64,000 nucleotides of DNA from NCBI GenBank assembly GCA_951406725.2, contig OX597816.1, positions 27,714,001 through 27,778,000 on the forward strand, read 5' to 3'. This stretch comes from Octopus vulgaris (Eukaryota). Positions 27,084-41,719 of the stretch are shown here, one piece after another. A model generated the notes under the pieces. That model was not told the origin of the DNA and ran no database searches. It saw only the letters and a program-made list of their open reading frames with translations. Positions within the stretch are counted from its first letter, which is position 1. Each line of letters opens with the position of its first letter. A program made the translations under genes and the position numbers.

Positions 27084-27380
27084 AAAGAAATAAGCAACAG
27101 GACTAATGAACCACCTTCTCTATGTATGTATGTATGTGAATATATGTATATATTTATGTATATATGTGTTATATATTATGCATACAAATATATGTAATAT
27201 ATGTTGTATTAAGCTATATAAATAGGTATTATATATATTCACGTGAATAAATATATGTATGTATGTGTGTGTTTATCTACCTATCATCTTTCTATTTATC
27301 TATCTATATCTATCCATCTATCTATCTATCTAGCTCTCTCTCTCTCTCTCTCTATCTATCTATATATCTATCTATCTATG

Positions 27381-27449
<69 letters not shown>

Positions 27450-27489
27450 CTCTATATATAGGCACCTCCCAACCAACTGGTTATGAGTT

Positions 27490-27577
27490 AGGTCCTATTC
27501 CGCGAGACCTTCAGTGACTGTCTTGTTCTATACCTTTGTGAGTAGATTTTGCAGACGGAAACTAAAAGAAGCCCATC

Positions 27578-27611
<34 letters not shown>

Positions 27612-27624
27612 GATGGGCTTCTTT

Positions 27625-27686
<62 letters not shown>

Positions 27687-27890
27687 GTTTGTTTATCTTT
27701 GTCCCTACCGTCCCCTCTACAAACGGTGTTGGCGCTACATCCTCGGAACCTGGTGGTTTTCATTAGGAGACCCATGGAATATGATTTACAAGGTAAAAAA
27801 AAAATACTAAGTACTGAGTTCGATTCCTTCGACTAAAAGTCATCAAGGCGGTTCCCTGCATAGTCACAGTGGAATCACTGAGACAGGTAA
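27490..27890 (+). mobile_element. Old, degenerate SINE family A copy
   Basis: gacggaaactaaaagaagcccatcgtata...gactaaa...aaggcggt. Confidence 0.6.
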
Positions 27891-28019
27891 GAGATAATTG
27901 ATAGAAAAACGCACGCGCGCGCGCGCACACACACACACACACAGACATACACGTGTGTTTGTGTATATGTATATACACTTAGTTTGATTTGAAAACCCCA
28001 CTAGAATGGGAGAAAGCGC

Positions 28020-28070
28020 TAATACATGATCTAAGTTAATACATGATCTAAGTTAATACATGATCTAAGT
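28020..28070. repeat. 17-bp tandem repeat x3 (taatacatgatctaagt)
   Basis: Direct inspection. Confidence 0.9.
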
Positions 28071-28142
28071 ATAAAAAAATGTAATATACAAATGAATATC
28101 TGTAAATATAAACCATCCGATTTTCTGAGTACCTCATTTCTG

Positions 28143-28315
<173 letters not shown>

Positions 28316-28317
28316 TC

Positions 28318-28373
<56 letters not shown>

Positions 28374-28887
28374 TATCAGTCCTCGCTCGAGCATAGGGAC
28401 AGTAACTTTACAGGTGGGGGCCCCTTCACGATCTGTCTGTATACTTGCCTATCTAGCAATCTATTTGCATACCATGTGTGCGAGCGCGCGTGTAGCTCGA
28501 ATAACAGGAGTTGAATCACAGATTGTAATTATAAGAATATACATTCCTTTGTTGACTAGTTTCGCCATCCTCCATTTATTAGCTGTATATCTATTATTTA
28601 CTTCATTGCTTTCTGTCTATATTAACGGAACCCGTTATGCGCGCCACTAAATTCACCCCCCTATTTCACAATTGATCTATTAATGTCATGCTTTATCTAA
28701 TCTCCGTTGCTATTTATTATTTCGAGAATTTTGCTTTCACATATGAATACATACAAATATGCATAGATACATATATTTATAGATATACTTCTATATACAA
28801 CTTTAATCTGATATACCTGATATAAGTAATTTATCGCTTCTTGATGAATCAACAAATACATATATATATATGTATACATGCATATAT

Positions 28888-28926
<39 letters not shown>

Positions 28927-28985
28927 CAAACATATATACATACATGTATATATATATATACATATACATATATACAAACATATAT

Positions 28986-29022
<37 letters not shown>

Positions 29023-29057
29023 CAAACATATATACATACATGTATATATATATATAT

Positions 29058-29510
29058 ATGCCCACAACCTGCGTGACCTACTGGTCCACAGTTTCTTCCC
29101 TAACACCAGTTCCCAACATGACTTGCTCCCCTGCCACCGCCCACGCTGTCTCACTTGCCCTTGCCTCTCCAACACTACCGCCCTCGCAGGCACCCATCAT
29201 CGTCCCTATCATATGACCGACTCCTTTACCTGCACTTCTAGCAAGGTCATTTACTGCATCTCCTGCTTTTTCTTACCTTCTCTGTACATCGTTCAAACGA
29301 GACGCCGCTTCGCTGACCGGTTGATAGAGCATCTCCCAGAGATCAAACTCGGCAATGACACCTCGGTCTCGCGCCATTTCCACTCTACCGGTCATTCACT
29401 ACAACACCTGTCTGTATTCGGATTGTCTTTGCATCCGGAGTCCCGCCTTCGCCGTGAGTAGGTTTAATCTTCTCTCTTCGCTCCTTTGCAACAAATGGCC
29501 TCAACTCCCC
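29058..29510 (+). pseudogene. Penelope-like element (Neptune-type): zinc-finger linker + GIY-YIG endonuclease, 5'-truncated
   Basis: [65 protein letters not shown]. Confidence 0.85.
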
Positions 29511-29739
29511 TCCTCTCTTCTCTCTATCTGACACCTACCTCCTCTCATCACTCCTACCCACCCACTCCTTAGACACACACTCGCACACATACACACGTGA
29601 AAGTCACTAGCTCTATCCACACTCACACACACACATTCTCACGTACACACACGCACGCTCACCTTCATTTTGGGATCACAATTTTTTTACTATCTCCCCT
29701 TCCTTCTACGTCTTCTGTCAAACCCTTTTTCTCCCAACC

Positions 29740-29938
29740 AGCCGCCATGCTTGATCGCTAAATCCCCAAGTTTTTCTATTCTCTCTCTGTTTATTTTCTT
29801 TTCTTCCTTTCTGTTGACGAGCGTAAGATCGAAACGTAAAAGACTTTCTCACTTTTCCGAGCGTCAAACTAAATACACCTGCTTGTTGTTCATACACCTG
29901 TCTTCGTCTCATGTTTTCCTGTAAATTTCAACAATATA

Positions 29939-30000
<62 letters not shown>

Positions 30001-30225
30001 TCGCCATGTTAGATCGCTAGCCACTACACACATTTTTCCTCTCCTTTTTTTCTCTCCTTTTTTCTCTCCTTGTTTCTCTCCTTGTTTTTTCTGTGTTCCT
30101 TTCTATAGAAGAGCGTAGGGTTCAAACGTAAAAGACTTTTTCTATTGCTGAGCGTTATACTAATACATCTGTTTGTTTTGTACACCAACTGTCTTCGTCT
30201 TTTGTTTTTTTTCGTAAACTCTCCC

Positions 30226-30228
<3 letters not shown>
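29740..30228 (+). mobile_element. Two tandem Neptune-type pLTR copies with degenerate minimal hammerheads (29807-29842, ~30097-30136)
   Basis: gccatg.t.gatcgcta...cttt-CTGTTGA-c-gagc gtaa gatc-GAAACGT-a-aaag; follows the endonuclease ORF, and each copy ends in a microsatellite. Confidence 0.75.
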
Positions 30229-30276
<48 letters not shown>

Positions 30277-30297
30277 AGACACACACACACACACACA

Positions 30298-30350
<53 letters not shown>

Positions 30351-30582
30351 GACCCACCTTTCTCATCTAGTGTGAAAGACCTATGTCCTAATGGTCTTTT
30401 CTCGAGAGAACCTTTCCCCCAGTAAAATATGTATCAGTATTTTCAACAGAAATATCACAAAACTCCTCCTCTAACACACAGTACAGTTAATGTAGATATA
30501 TTGATACATTATATCCTTCATCAGAAAATGTTTAGGTCAATAGGTGCACACAGATATCAATTGTCACCAACCGTGTAGAAGC

Positions 30583-30790
30583 TTGAGAGGTGGTTAGATG
30601 GAACCTACACTCACCTCCTTATGAGAGCTCAAAATCTCTCGTGGAAGCGTCATCCAACCAAAATGCAAATATATGGGAAGCTACCACCTGTGTCATCTCT
30701 CGTGAAAGGTAGGAGAGTCCAGTTTGCTGGACATTGTTCGTGCTGTAGTTGATATTGCTATTAATGTTATTGCTGATGTCGTGGCGCCCG
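30583..30790 (+). mobile_element. Non-LTR retrotransposon C-terminal fragment (RTE-X/Proto2-like)
   Basis: LMRAQNLSWKRHPTKMQIYGKLPPVSSLVKGRRVQFAGHC. Confidence 0.65.
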
Positions 30791-31189
30791 TCGTCGTCGT
30801 TGTTATTGTTGTTACACTCGAGTCTACATCGCATCAGAGTTATTTCATTTCTGTTTGTTTTCTTTTCAGTTTATGAATATGTTGGCTTTGAACGTATATA
30901 TGTTGCGTAAATATGTAAGATAGAGTGTGCTCTCCAGAATATACCTCACAATTATATTTCTTTCTTCTATTTACACCATCCCACTTACGAAGAACAATCT
31001 GTCAACTGCCACATCATTGATGTTGTCAGGAATATGACGTAGAACGGGAATGAAAGAGCAAACTTAGCATTGTGTGTGCGTGTATATATATATATATATA
31101 TGTGTGCGTGTGTGTGTGTGTGTGTATGTGTCTGTGTCTGTGTGTTTGTATATATATATATATATGCATATGTATAATATGCATATGCA

Positions 31190-31411
31190 TGTGTGTGTGT
31201 GTCTGTTTGTCTGTGTCTGTCCCCTCAACATCGCTTCACAACCGATGCTGGTGTGTTTAGGTCCCAGTAACTTAGCTTTTCGGCAAAAGAGACCGATAGA
31301 ATAAGTACTAGGCTTACAAAGAATAAGTCCTGGCGTCGATTTTCTCGACTAAAGGCGGTGCTCCAGCATGACCACAGTCAAATTACTGAAACAAGTAAAA
31401 GAGTAAAAGAG
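31190..31411 (+). mobile_element. SINE family A, 3' half
   Basis: Matches the 3' half of 25394-25827. Similar partial copies lie at 34775-34982(+), 33450-33640(-), 34040-34170(-) and 60955-61110(-). Confidence 0.8.
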
Positions 31412-32204
31412 CATATGTATATATACATGTATGTATAGATATATACATATGTATGTATATGAATACACATATGTGTGTGTATGTATATATACACCACATA
31501 TAAAGATATTCATAAAGTCGTTAATTATATGCCATACTCAACAATAGGTTGTTTTTCTTTATATAATGTGGCCTGCAGAATTTCTGTATACTTATTAAAA
31601 CACCACCAAATTCTTTGGGAAAGTAGATAACACGGAACTCACATATGAAGCTGATAGACGTAACTAACATGCAGCACTTTTAGATAATTTTACGAAATTC
31701 TTAAGACTAACCGTCGCACATATAAACTTAATTATGAAGTAAAAAAAAATCTTGCCTCTAAGTTAATCGTAGACGGCCGCATAGAATGTCTTGATGCAAG
31801 AACCCGATTGTGATCGTAAGCTCAAAACAGTAGCAGCAGCTTAATTAAACTCATGGAAAGGAATTGGATTTTGTGAGAGAGTTATCTACACTGAACTCAC
31901 CTCCGCAACGCCTTCTAGAGCATTTAGAATTCTGATACTGAGATCGTCTCGGTAATTGACATGGCGCTAAACACAGTACAATGCTACTTGTGTTTGGCCA
32001 GTGAACAACAGAATTGTTTGATAGAGAAGAATAAAGAAGATTTAGAAATATCTGATGTATAAAAGCTACACCTTGTCCTGTACTTAGATTGTCTTGTCAT
32101 GAAAGTTTTTCCTAACCCCTTCATATAGGTTTCTCGACTATTTAATGCTATTTCTCTATTAAATTTTTTGCGGATTTTCCTGCTTTAATTATTATATTTA
32201 AATA

Positions 32205-32762
32205 CGAGCCAAACGCACCCCGTCCAATCGACGGTGCTGAATCATATCTGCTGAATAAAAAGCAATCAGTGTTTTCTTTTCATTAAAAAATAATTAAGCA
32301 TGCCTTTATTTCAATATAATTTTTGATTTTGGTAAAGAAAGTTGAGGCAAAAAAAAAGCTTCTTGAGAAACCAAATAGTCTTTCCTTCCTTCATGCCAAG
32401 TTTGAAAAAAATATCTCTTTTGCATCTTACTTTTTTGGTCTCTTAAATATACTGCATTTTGTGGCATTATTTCAAGCCAGCCGGGGTTTTTTTTGCACAA
32501 ACTGCACGTGCATTTTTCTCGCGTACGTGTAGTACCGATCGCAACAGCTGATGTACTTGCGCGTACAAATGCACGTTCCCACGGCTTTATCGATTGCATT
32601 CTTACCTGGAATCGATTTTTGTAATTTTTTCAAGACTTATACACGCCCTGATACCGTCGGTATCTACACATCAAATTTGAGCGCAATCGGATGGAGGATG
32701 CCCGAGATCCTAGTAGACACACACACAGACAGACAGAACGGATTTTATATGATAGATTAGAT
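32205..32762 (-). mobile_element. Non-autonomous Helitron-like element
   Basis: Minus strand starts TC(T)..atataaaatccgtt(ctgt)n and ends with a GC hairpin (gcaccgtc gattg gacgg..gtgc) followed by CTCG|T (CTAG-like). A second partial copy is at 50385-50620. Confidence 0.7.
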
Positions 32763-33229
32763 GTAGCTGAATTATATAGTTGTCGATGTTTTTTTTTATT
32801 TTGAGAGTCAATTCCGTTCTGATTGTAAATGACTCTGACTGCAACTGATTTCGTTCGTTAACCAAACGAAATATATTCTTCTGCTTTGTGTAGATTAGGG
32901 AGAGATGAATTAGAATGAAGTTCAGCATAAGTGTACAGTCTGAAGAGTAGGGAGGACATTGTTTATAATAATGGTTAACACGACAGTCTTTGGTCAACTT
33001 TTGCCAAGGACAGCATATTTTGGTTTCTAAACTGCCTGAATATGCCTATGAAGTCGTTTCTTGATCTATAGCATAAGCGATCATGCTGCATGAAATTATA
33101 TAGATAAATACGTATATACATACATGCATACATACACACAAACACACACACATATACACACATAAGTATATACTTGCATATATATACATATATGTGTATA
33201 TATGTGTATACATATCTTTTATTAAACTT

Positions 33230-33338
33230 TTAATACTTTTGATATATATTTAAAATAATATAAATTAAATTAATTTTATGTATTGGCTTATGTTTTTCAT
33301 TGTTTGATTTGCCTAATAGTGGTTTTATCTCTAATTTA

Positions 33339-33345
<7 letters not shown>
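33230..33345 (+). mobile_element. 3' end of a Penelope-like pLTR family abutting (TA)n
   Basis: tgtattggctta...gatttgcctaatagtggttttatctctaatttaata; the reverse complement occurs at 38418-38490. Confidence 0.65.
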
Positions 33346-33386
<41 letters not shown>

Positions 33387-34499
33387 CATACATACATACA
33401 TGCATATACATACATATTTAAAATGTGTGTGTGTCTAATCTGTTGCTTGCTTTAATCATTCGACTTCGGCCAAGCTGAGCCACTGCCCTGAAGAATTTAT
33501 TGTCGAATGAACCAATCCTAGTACGTTTTATTATTGAAGACTGGTTCTTATTCTACCGCTCTCTTTCATCGAGCCGCTGATTTATGTGGATGTAAACTAA
33601 CCAACAGCAGTTTTCAAGCTGTGCTGGGATACAAACACAAACCCAAAGGCACCCACCACACACGTACATACACTCATATATGTGCATATACACACACACA
33701 TATACCACGTATACATATACTTATACATCATATAAAGGATATAAGGAGTTTTCCCCAAGATGGCTCAAGCTAATAGGTATGCGTTTTGAGTGCTCAAATA
33801 GGTACGCCCCCACCCCGCCAAATTCCAGTTTGAACAGCAGTTGAAGTTGTGGTTATGTGATTGTCCTGTTCACAACGTTTATAAGTGGTTTCCATTTGAA
33901 CCTGTAAGTGTAGATTAAAGTAGTGGGGAAAGGCAAACAATTAGACAAGACACGACAAAGACAATTTAATTCAATTCATATATATACAGACTTACATACG
34001 TATACATACACTCACACAGACACATACTCGCACACACATATACGATGGGCTTCTTTTAGTTTCCGTCTATGAAATCCAGTTACAAGGCTTTGGCCACCCC
34101 GAGGATATAGTAGAAGCTCTTGCAGAAAGTGCATGCAGTGGAACTGAACCCGGAAAGATGTGGCTGGGAAGAAAAACATTCTGTCCTTTTCAAGCTTATT
34201 TCGGTAATCTGAATATGTGTGTAGATGTTATATTTATGTGAGGTATGCAGTTGAAAATTCCGGAAATTGTTCTGCAGATTAATTTTGTAACAAAACAGGA
34301 GATTGGAGAACATGTTGGTATAATCTATTCACTATTATACATATCTGACTTGCTAATAGGAGTTAAAGTGTTGTATCTGTTGGTGAAATATGTAGGGAAT
34401 CTTCTACATGTAGAATTTTGTAACTCCCATTAGCAAATCAAACATATATACTGGCGAATAAACTAAGAAAATTTTCCAATCTTCTGTTCTGATATACTC

Positions 34500-34539
<40 letters not shown>

Positions 34540-34675
34540 AATGAAATCAAAAACAGAACACAAAGGATGTCGCGATACACGTGTTTCAAGCTTTATAAAC
34601 GACCTATAAAAATAGCTACTAGCTGGCGTATACAGGTGCTTACACTTATCAAGTATTCACCCTAAATTTATTGTA

Positions 34676-34737
<62 letters not shown>

Positions 34738-34988
34738 GGAGTAGTATATATATATATATATATGTATATGTATATGTTTGTGTGTCTGTGTTTGTCCCCC
34801 CACCCACTATCGTTTGACAACCGATGCTACTGTGTTTATGTCCCCGTAACTTAGCGGTTCCGCAAAAGCGACAGGTAGAACAAGTACTAGGCTTACAAAG
34901 AATAAGTCGTTGGGTGGATTTCTTCGACTAAAGGCGGTGCACCGACATGGCTGCAGTCAAATGACTGAAACAAATAAAAGAATATATT

Positions 34989-35022
<34 letters not shown>

Positions 35023-35160
35023 CGTGTGTGTATGTGTGTATATATATGCATATATATATGTGTGTGTATGTATGCATTTTCATATATGCACACGTCTATA
35101 CACACATACGATGCCTGTGCTTTTCGCGTTCGTGAATATATGTTGAAGTATATATGAATG

Positions 35161-35465
35161 GTGGAGGCGCAATGGCCCAGTGGTTAAGGGCAGCGGACTC
35201 GCGGTCGGAGGATCGCGGTTTCGATTCCCAGACCGGGTGTTGTGTGTGTTTATTGAGCGAATACACCTAAAAGCTCCACGAGGCTCCGGCAGGGGGTGGT
35301 GATCCCTGCTGTACTCATTCACCACTCTTTCTCACTCTTTCTTCTTTTGGCCTGCTCGCTTAGCCAGCGAGGTGGCGTCGTTCGAAGGCTAAAACAATGC
35401 GAACGCATTGTGACCAGCGATGTGTAGCAACATTTGATAGTCTGGTCGGTCACGTGATCACGTGA
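35161..35465 (+). mobile_element. SINE family B variant (same head, different 3' half)
   Basis: B-type head, tail ...ggtcggtcacgtgatcacgtg, flanking direct repeat atatgaatg. Confidence 0.8.
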
Positions 35466-35698
35466 TATATGAATGGAGATGAGAGGCCTATAGCTTAGGA
35501 TGGTTTTAAATAAACTGCTGTGATCTATGAGGTAACTAAATTCTCATGCTCGCTACTCTAGATATATTCGATATGGACTTTACCCTCCAATTTTAAAGCG
35601 AACTTATAGAAAAGGAATTTCAATATCAAATGCGTTGTACATTTGTTACAGATATTATGCATTGATAGTAACAGTAATTCATAAACAGTGCTAACATA

Positions 35699-36105
35699 GG
35701 CGCAGGAGTGGCTGTGTGGTAAGTAGCTTGCTAACCAACCACATGGTTCTGGTTTCAGTCCCACTGCGTGGCACCTTGGGCAAGTGTCTTCAGCTATAGC
35801 CCCGGGCCGACCAATGCCTTGTGAGTGGATTTGGTAGACGGAAACTGAAAGCCTGTCGTATATATGTATATATATATATATGAATGTGTGTGTGTGTTTG
35901 TGTGTCGGTGTTTGTTCTCCTAGCATTACTTGACAACTGATGCTGGTGTGTTTATGTCCCTGTCACTTAGCGGTTCGGCAAAAGAGACCGATAGAATAAG
36001 TACTGGGCTTACAAAGAATGTCCCGGAGTCGATTTGCTCGACTAAAGGCGGTGCTCCAGCATGGCCGCAGTCAAATGACTGAAACAAGTGGAAGAGAGAA
36101 AGAGA
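35699..36105 (+). mobile_element. SINE family A, full length
   Basis: Collinear with 25394-25827. Confidence 0.9.
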
Positions 36106-38183
36106 TTCGAATGAGATTTAGGATTGCCATCTAATGATTATCAATGGTGGATATATAACTTCTACACGAAGTATTACCATGATCAGACTATATCGCTAAA
36201 TATAGTTCAGTCACTTATATTCATCATATACTATGAATTTGTTCGTGTAAGCACCATTATAAACTATGTATATATATGTGAGTATGTATGTGGGTGTAAT
36301 TCCACTCTCTCCCTCCCCTCCCTATTTCTATGTATATATGTATGTATATTTATATGCGCACGTGTGTTTCTGTGTGTGTGTGTGAGTGTGCGTACAAAAT
36401 GTCAGTGTTACTTTCGAGATGTTATATTTAACATGGATCTAATGACTACTGAAATATATCAATCTTCACTTCGGTACTGTTATTCACATAAAAATAAACA
36501 TTACACAAACATTATGGACTCTTAAGACATATTCAGGCTTTCTCGATGTTCTGTTCATCTGCAGGAAACTGAAGTGGTCGCTCAGCAGAAGAAAACTTAC
36601 CATTTGTATACAGTATCTAACCTATACGTCCACATTTGTATACAATATCTAACCTATATATCCACATGAATCACGCACACATAAGCATACCGGCAGATAT
36701 ATATACACACACACACAGAGGCACACACATATATCAACATACATACATACATACATGAATCACGCACACATAAGCATACCGGCAGATACACACACATATA
36801 CACATACACACACATACACACACACATATACCAACATACATACATACATACATACATACATACATACAATCATGCATAGATACATACATACATACGTACA
36901 TACATATATATGTGTGTGTGTGTGTGTGTGTACGTGACTGTTTACATGTGCTTGCCTATATATAAATATGTGTGCTTATATATATATCCCCTCCCTCCCT
37001 CTCTCCCTCCCTTCCTCCCTCTCTCCCTCCCTTCCTCCCTCCCCCCTTCCTCCCTCTCTCTCTCTTCCTCTATATGTAGATATTTATATATCTATATACA
37101 TTTTAAAGAGCACACTTTCACACAGGCTATATATGATTATATGATTAAAATATACCGCCACGAACAAACACGAAAATGTGACTAAATATGTATATTCATA
37201 TAAACATAAGAAATATATTATACATAGCTACAAAGGGAATGTCCTGTGCGTCGGCAAGTTAGTAGCTACTCAAACTGAAGCTATAAATATTAATCATTAA
37301 TATAAAAACTAAATGATTTCCAAATCTTAAAAATGCAGAACTTTATGCCCGAAATTCAGAATAATTTAGCAAATAGCTAATGTTTTGTAAAGGAAGTTGT
37401 TTAGCCAATGAAGTTCCACTGCAACTGTTGAAAATTAGTTATTGGTTTGTTTTATAACTTTCAAAGTGTTGTTTTATATCTTGCCCTTGCCTTTTTATTG
37501 TTTGCATTACTTGCCTATATATTTGTCTTCCATAACTACTATGACTCTTGCTTATATATTTTTTGCGTGACCTGCATGATGAATTTCCTGAAATTAGGGG
37601 TGAAATGTATAGGGACGATACACATTTTGTCATCAAGGATGCATCTAAATAGAATGATTTAAGAAACGATTTGATAAATGTTTCAACAGACATGGACTTT
37701 CCCTCTTTATTGAAAAAAATAACTCAGTTAACTTTTTGGATGATAATTTCAATCTAATAGCCGGTAAACACGAACCTTTTCATAAATTAAATACAAATTT
37801 AAGCTATATTAGTTTCCTAAGTAATCGTCCAAGATAATTAAAAGCACATTAGTCTCCAACACTGGGAAATGACTAACACATCTATCATCTAATGAAAACA
37901 TATTTATGAAATACGCAGATTATTACAACATGGCTCTAGCTAAAGCTGGATATAGAGACACAATAAAATACCATAGACCAAATGATATAAATGAATACGA
38001 TAGAATTAAAACTGTAAAATTTGGCAATTCAGTTAAAGCTATAACTAGTAGAAAAATAAACGTAACATTAATAATACCTCTGTTAATAAATCGCTAAGTG
38101 ATAATAATAAAGTTAAAATTAATATGAATCAACCTCGAAATAGTAAACAAAATACAGAAAAATTCAAGAGTGGCTGTGCTATA

Positions 38184-38345
38184 GGCGCAGGAGTGGCCGT
38201 GTGATAAGAAGCTAGCTTCCCAACCACATGACTACGGGTTCGGTCCCACTGCGTGCCAATTTGGGCAAGTGCCTTCTACTATAACCTCGGGCTGACCAAG
38301 GCCTTGTGAGTGGATTTGGTAGACGGAAACTTAAAGAAGCCCGTC

Positions 38346-38416
<71 letters not shown>

Positions 38417-38626
38417 GTATTAAATTAGAGACAAAACCACTATTAGGCAAATCAAACAATGAAGAACTTAAGCCAATACATATTATTATTTAATTTATAT
38501 TATTTAAATATATAACAAAATTATTAAAAAAATATAATTAATTTCACACTACGATCGTTTCATGCCTGCTAACTTTTTCAAATTTTTGAGTCGCAGTCAT
38601 TCATCATATATATGTATATATATATG

Positions 38627-38698
<72 letters not shown>

Positions 38699-38912
38699 AT
38701 GTTTGTGTGTCTGTGTTAGTCCCCCAACATCGCTTGACAACTGATGCTGGTTTGTTTACGTCACCGTAACTTAGCGGTTCGGCATAAGAGCCCGATTAGA
38801 ATAAGAACTAGGCTTACAAAGAATAAGTCCTAGTGTCAATTTTCTTGACTAAAGGCGGTACTCCAGCATAGCCGCAGTCAAATGACTGAAAAAAAATAAA
38901 AGAATAAAAGAA
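38184..38912 (+). mobile_element. SINE family A copy with a ~190-bp pLTR insert in its internal (TA)n
   Basis: Both SINE halves are recognisable; 38418-38606 is foreign sequence. Confidence 0.85.
38545..38606 (-). ncRNA. Hammerhead motif truncated at its 5' end
   Basis: TGATGA-atg.ctgc.gact...agtt.gcag.cat-GAAA-CGATCGT-A; palindromic stem III; the 5' stem I strand is replaced by (TA)n. Confidence 0.65.
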
Positions 38913-40942
38913 TATAAACCTAAGATTAATAATAAACAACCATTCAATAGTTATGATTATTCTCATAAAGATAAATATCTAATTAATAAACATGATGGTA
39001 TGAATAAACAAATTACCTTGAATACCAACACCATTGATAATTCACACAATTTTCAAAATAGTAAAAACCAATCATATACTCCTTCCATTAACACTTCTAA
39101 ATCTAAAAATGATCAGAAGCTTTCTAAAAATAATTCTGTGGAGCATAATAGGATTTGGTTAATTATTTCATATGCAATGTAAATTTAAAAATAATATAAT
39201 TAAATCGATATATAAGTTTATTTATAAGCATTTTAACACCGATAACAAATGTAGTGATATTATCACTTATAAAAATATCAAAATTGGTAGCCTGGTCTCA
39301 ATTATATCATCTTTTAACAATGGAAAATTAAATAAATTCTTCTCTAATAGAAATATCCAAGATATTAATTCATCTCAATTTAAACCCAGTCCCCTGATCT
39401 CTTGCAATAATACTAACGGCCATAGATTCCCGAACGAGAGGAGGAAAATAAACCACAGTAGCTCCCTTGCAATCAATTATTTTAATAAATATATATAAAA
39501 GAATGTAAACGATTATTGTGACTGTAAAGTTAAAACTAATTGTAAAGTTAAAATCCATGTAAGAAAGATAACGTAGTCTACCAATGTGCAGTAGAATCTC
39601 AAGGTAAAAATTTTTTTTATATAGGCTCTACCGAAAATAGGATTAAAATCAGAATGGTTAACCACCAATATTTTAGAATAGATAAAAATTAATTCCACCG
39701 GATTACGTAATTTCATATGGGATTTAAAGGATAATTACATTGAATTTAAAATTAGATGAGACATAATTTGTTCCGCAAGTTCTTATAGAGCCTCAAGCAG
39801 GTGATGTAACTTGTGTACTGAAGAAGATTCTAGAATCCTCACATCTAAAGACATTTACTTCACTTACGAAATGAAAATAATATTTTTGTAGTCATGCAGC
39901 GAAATATGTGTTTTCTAAGTTTAATTTTAAAATATTTGATTATATTATATGATAACATAAATATCAAATATATTAATAATAAATTGAAATTAATATGTGC
40001 GCTTTTCTTTGAAGACTTTTTCTGAACACTTGGATTCATTAACTCTGCTATAGTAGTTCTCTTCCTCCCGTGTATTTACATATATTTAAATAATAATGAC
40101 TGTAACACTTATATTACGCATTAGTTTTGGCTCCATGACCTTACATTAATCACCATAATTTAACATTTTCTTAGAAATTACTTAATATCATTAACGACAT
40201 ATTAATTAATAATCATTTACGTATATAACAATTTGAAATTAATTCAGTACATGCTATAGTTATTATTTCCACTCAAGTAATTCTCTTCTTCCCATATAAA
40301 CAGATACATAAATAAGCAACATCGATTATACAAGTTATGATACACAGTATCGTTGCCATTATTACCTTACATCAATAACTATATTTTAACATATTCTTAT
40401 GAGCTAATTTGATAACTATATAGTGTATATAAACATTTGATTATACGCACAATATATGTACGTATGTGAAAGTATGTGTATATCTGTGCACTTACGCACA
40501 CAACTATGTAAACGCACGCGTGTGCATTTGTGTATACGTATGTATATGCATGTATGTATGTGTAAGTACGTATGTGTGTGTATGCATGTATGTGTGTGTA
40601 TGTAGGAATATATGTGTATATATGTATATATGTACATATATATATGTGTGTATATATGTATATATATGTGTGTATTTGTGTTTAAATCTATATATGCCTC
40701 TGTGTCTGCGTATCTATGTATTTCAGTAACCGTTTATAACTAGATACTTTTCCCTCTTGAAACGCTATTGCGTATGTACACCAATTTAAAATCTCCTCAA
40801 CCAACGGGCACTGACTGATTAATTTTTGATTCATACGTTATTTTTAATATGCGTAAATAGTTGTGAATGTATATGTAATTTATAAATTCTATATATATAT
40901 ATATATATGCATGCATATATATGTGTGTATATGTGTGTGCAT

Positions 40943-41001
<59 letters not shown>

Positions 41002-41477
41002 CATATATATACATATATCATAATTGGATATTTTAGTTGTTTTATTTACTTATTTTATTTTTATATTATTTATTTAAAATTTGTCTTCATTTTATTTTAA
41101 TTCCAATTTTACTTTATTTCCTTTATTCATTTTATTTTATTCTATCTTACCCTATTACCCATTATATTCTAACTAATCCATTTACCGTTCAATCACACAT
41201 AACAATAAATATAATAACTCCTTATTTAGTCTGCTTGCATGAACGGAAAGGTCACCATCTATATATCTTAATGTATATGTTTTCTCTGATGAAATTATGC
41301 TCATAACATATAAATGCAAATTCATAGCATAAATTTGTAATTTTCCTCTTGAGCTCTAATGGAAATGGGTGTCAAAAGTAAAAATTATTAAATTTTTAAT
41401 AATAAATAACTATTATTATCTTAACTCATCATTTTCTTCACTTCATTTAACTGAACATGAATTTTATTCTCTTTCTC

Positions 41478-41527
<50 letters not shown>

Positions 41528-41609
41528 GGTCCCGGGTTTTGTCGGGGTTAACCACAGTAAATAAGGTACTCAATACATAGCAGAGTAAATTAATTTATTA
41601 TATAGAAGG

Positions 41610-41660
41610 AGCTTCTACAGGACTAGAACTGTTTCATTCAAAAGAAATCATCAGGAAGCT
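41610..41660 (-). ncRNA. Type I hammerhead ribozyme (left arm, mirror copy)
   Basis: Exact reverse complement of 41665-41715. Confidence 0.8.
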
Positions 41661-41664
41661 CATC

Positions 41665-41715
41665 AGCTTCCTGATGATTTCTTTTGAATGAAACAGTTCT
41701 AGTCCTGTAGAAGCT
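41665..41715 (+). ncRNA. Type I hammerhead ribozyme (right arm)
   Basis: Stem I AGCTTC/GAAGCT; CTGATGA 41671-41677; stem II t-TTC tttt GAA-t; GAAA; stem III ACAG/CTGT with ttctagtc loop; GUA cleavage after 41709. Confidence 0.8.
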
Positions 41716-41719
41716 CCTT

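Larger units (their letters stand above)
37280..39920 (+). mobile_element. Decayed Naiad-type Penelope-like retroelement (RT + GIY-YIG), interrupted by a SINE
   Basis: RT: YRDD at 37608-37619; VNFLD..NL..GKHEPFHK..YI..SN.P; LSSNENIF..YYNMALAKAGY. Endonuclease: CDCKVKTNC..VVYQC..FYIGST..R..NH; FIWDLK..CNLCTEE. Many stops and frameshifts. Confidence 0.8.

Noticed and set aside
28020-28070. Short direct repeats as a CRISPR-like array
   Set aside because: Contiguous 17-bp tandem repeat with no spacers, in a eukaryotic context.
39757-39804. In-frame TGA codons in the Naiad-type endonuclease as possible selenocysteine (known in some Naiads)
   Set aside because: One replaces a conserved Trp and the other precedes rather than replaces the CxxC Cys. 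The element is also full of other stops and frameshifts.
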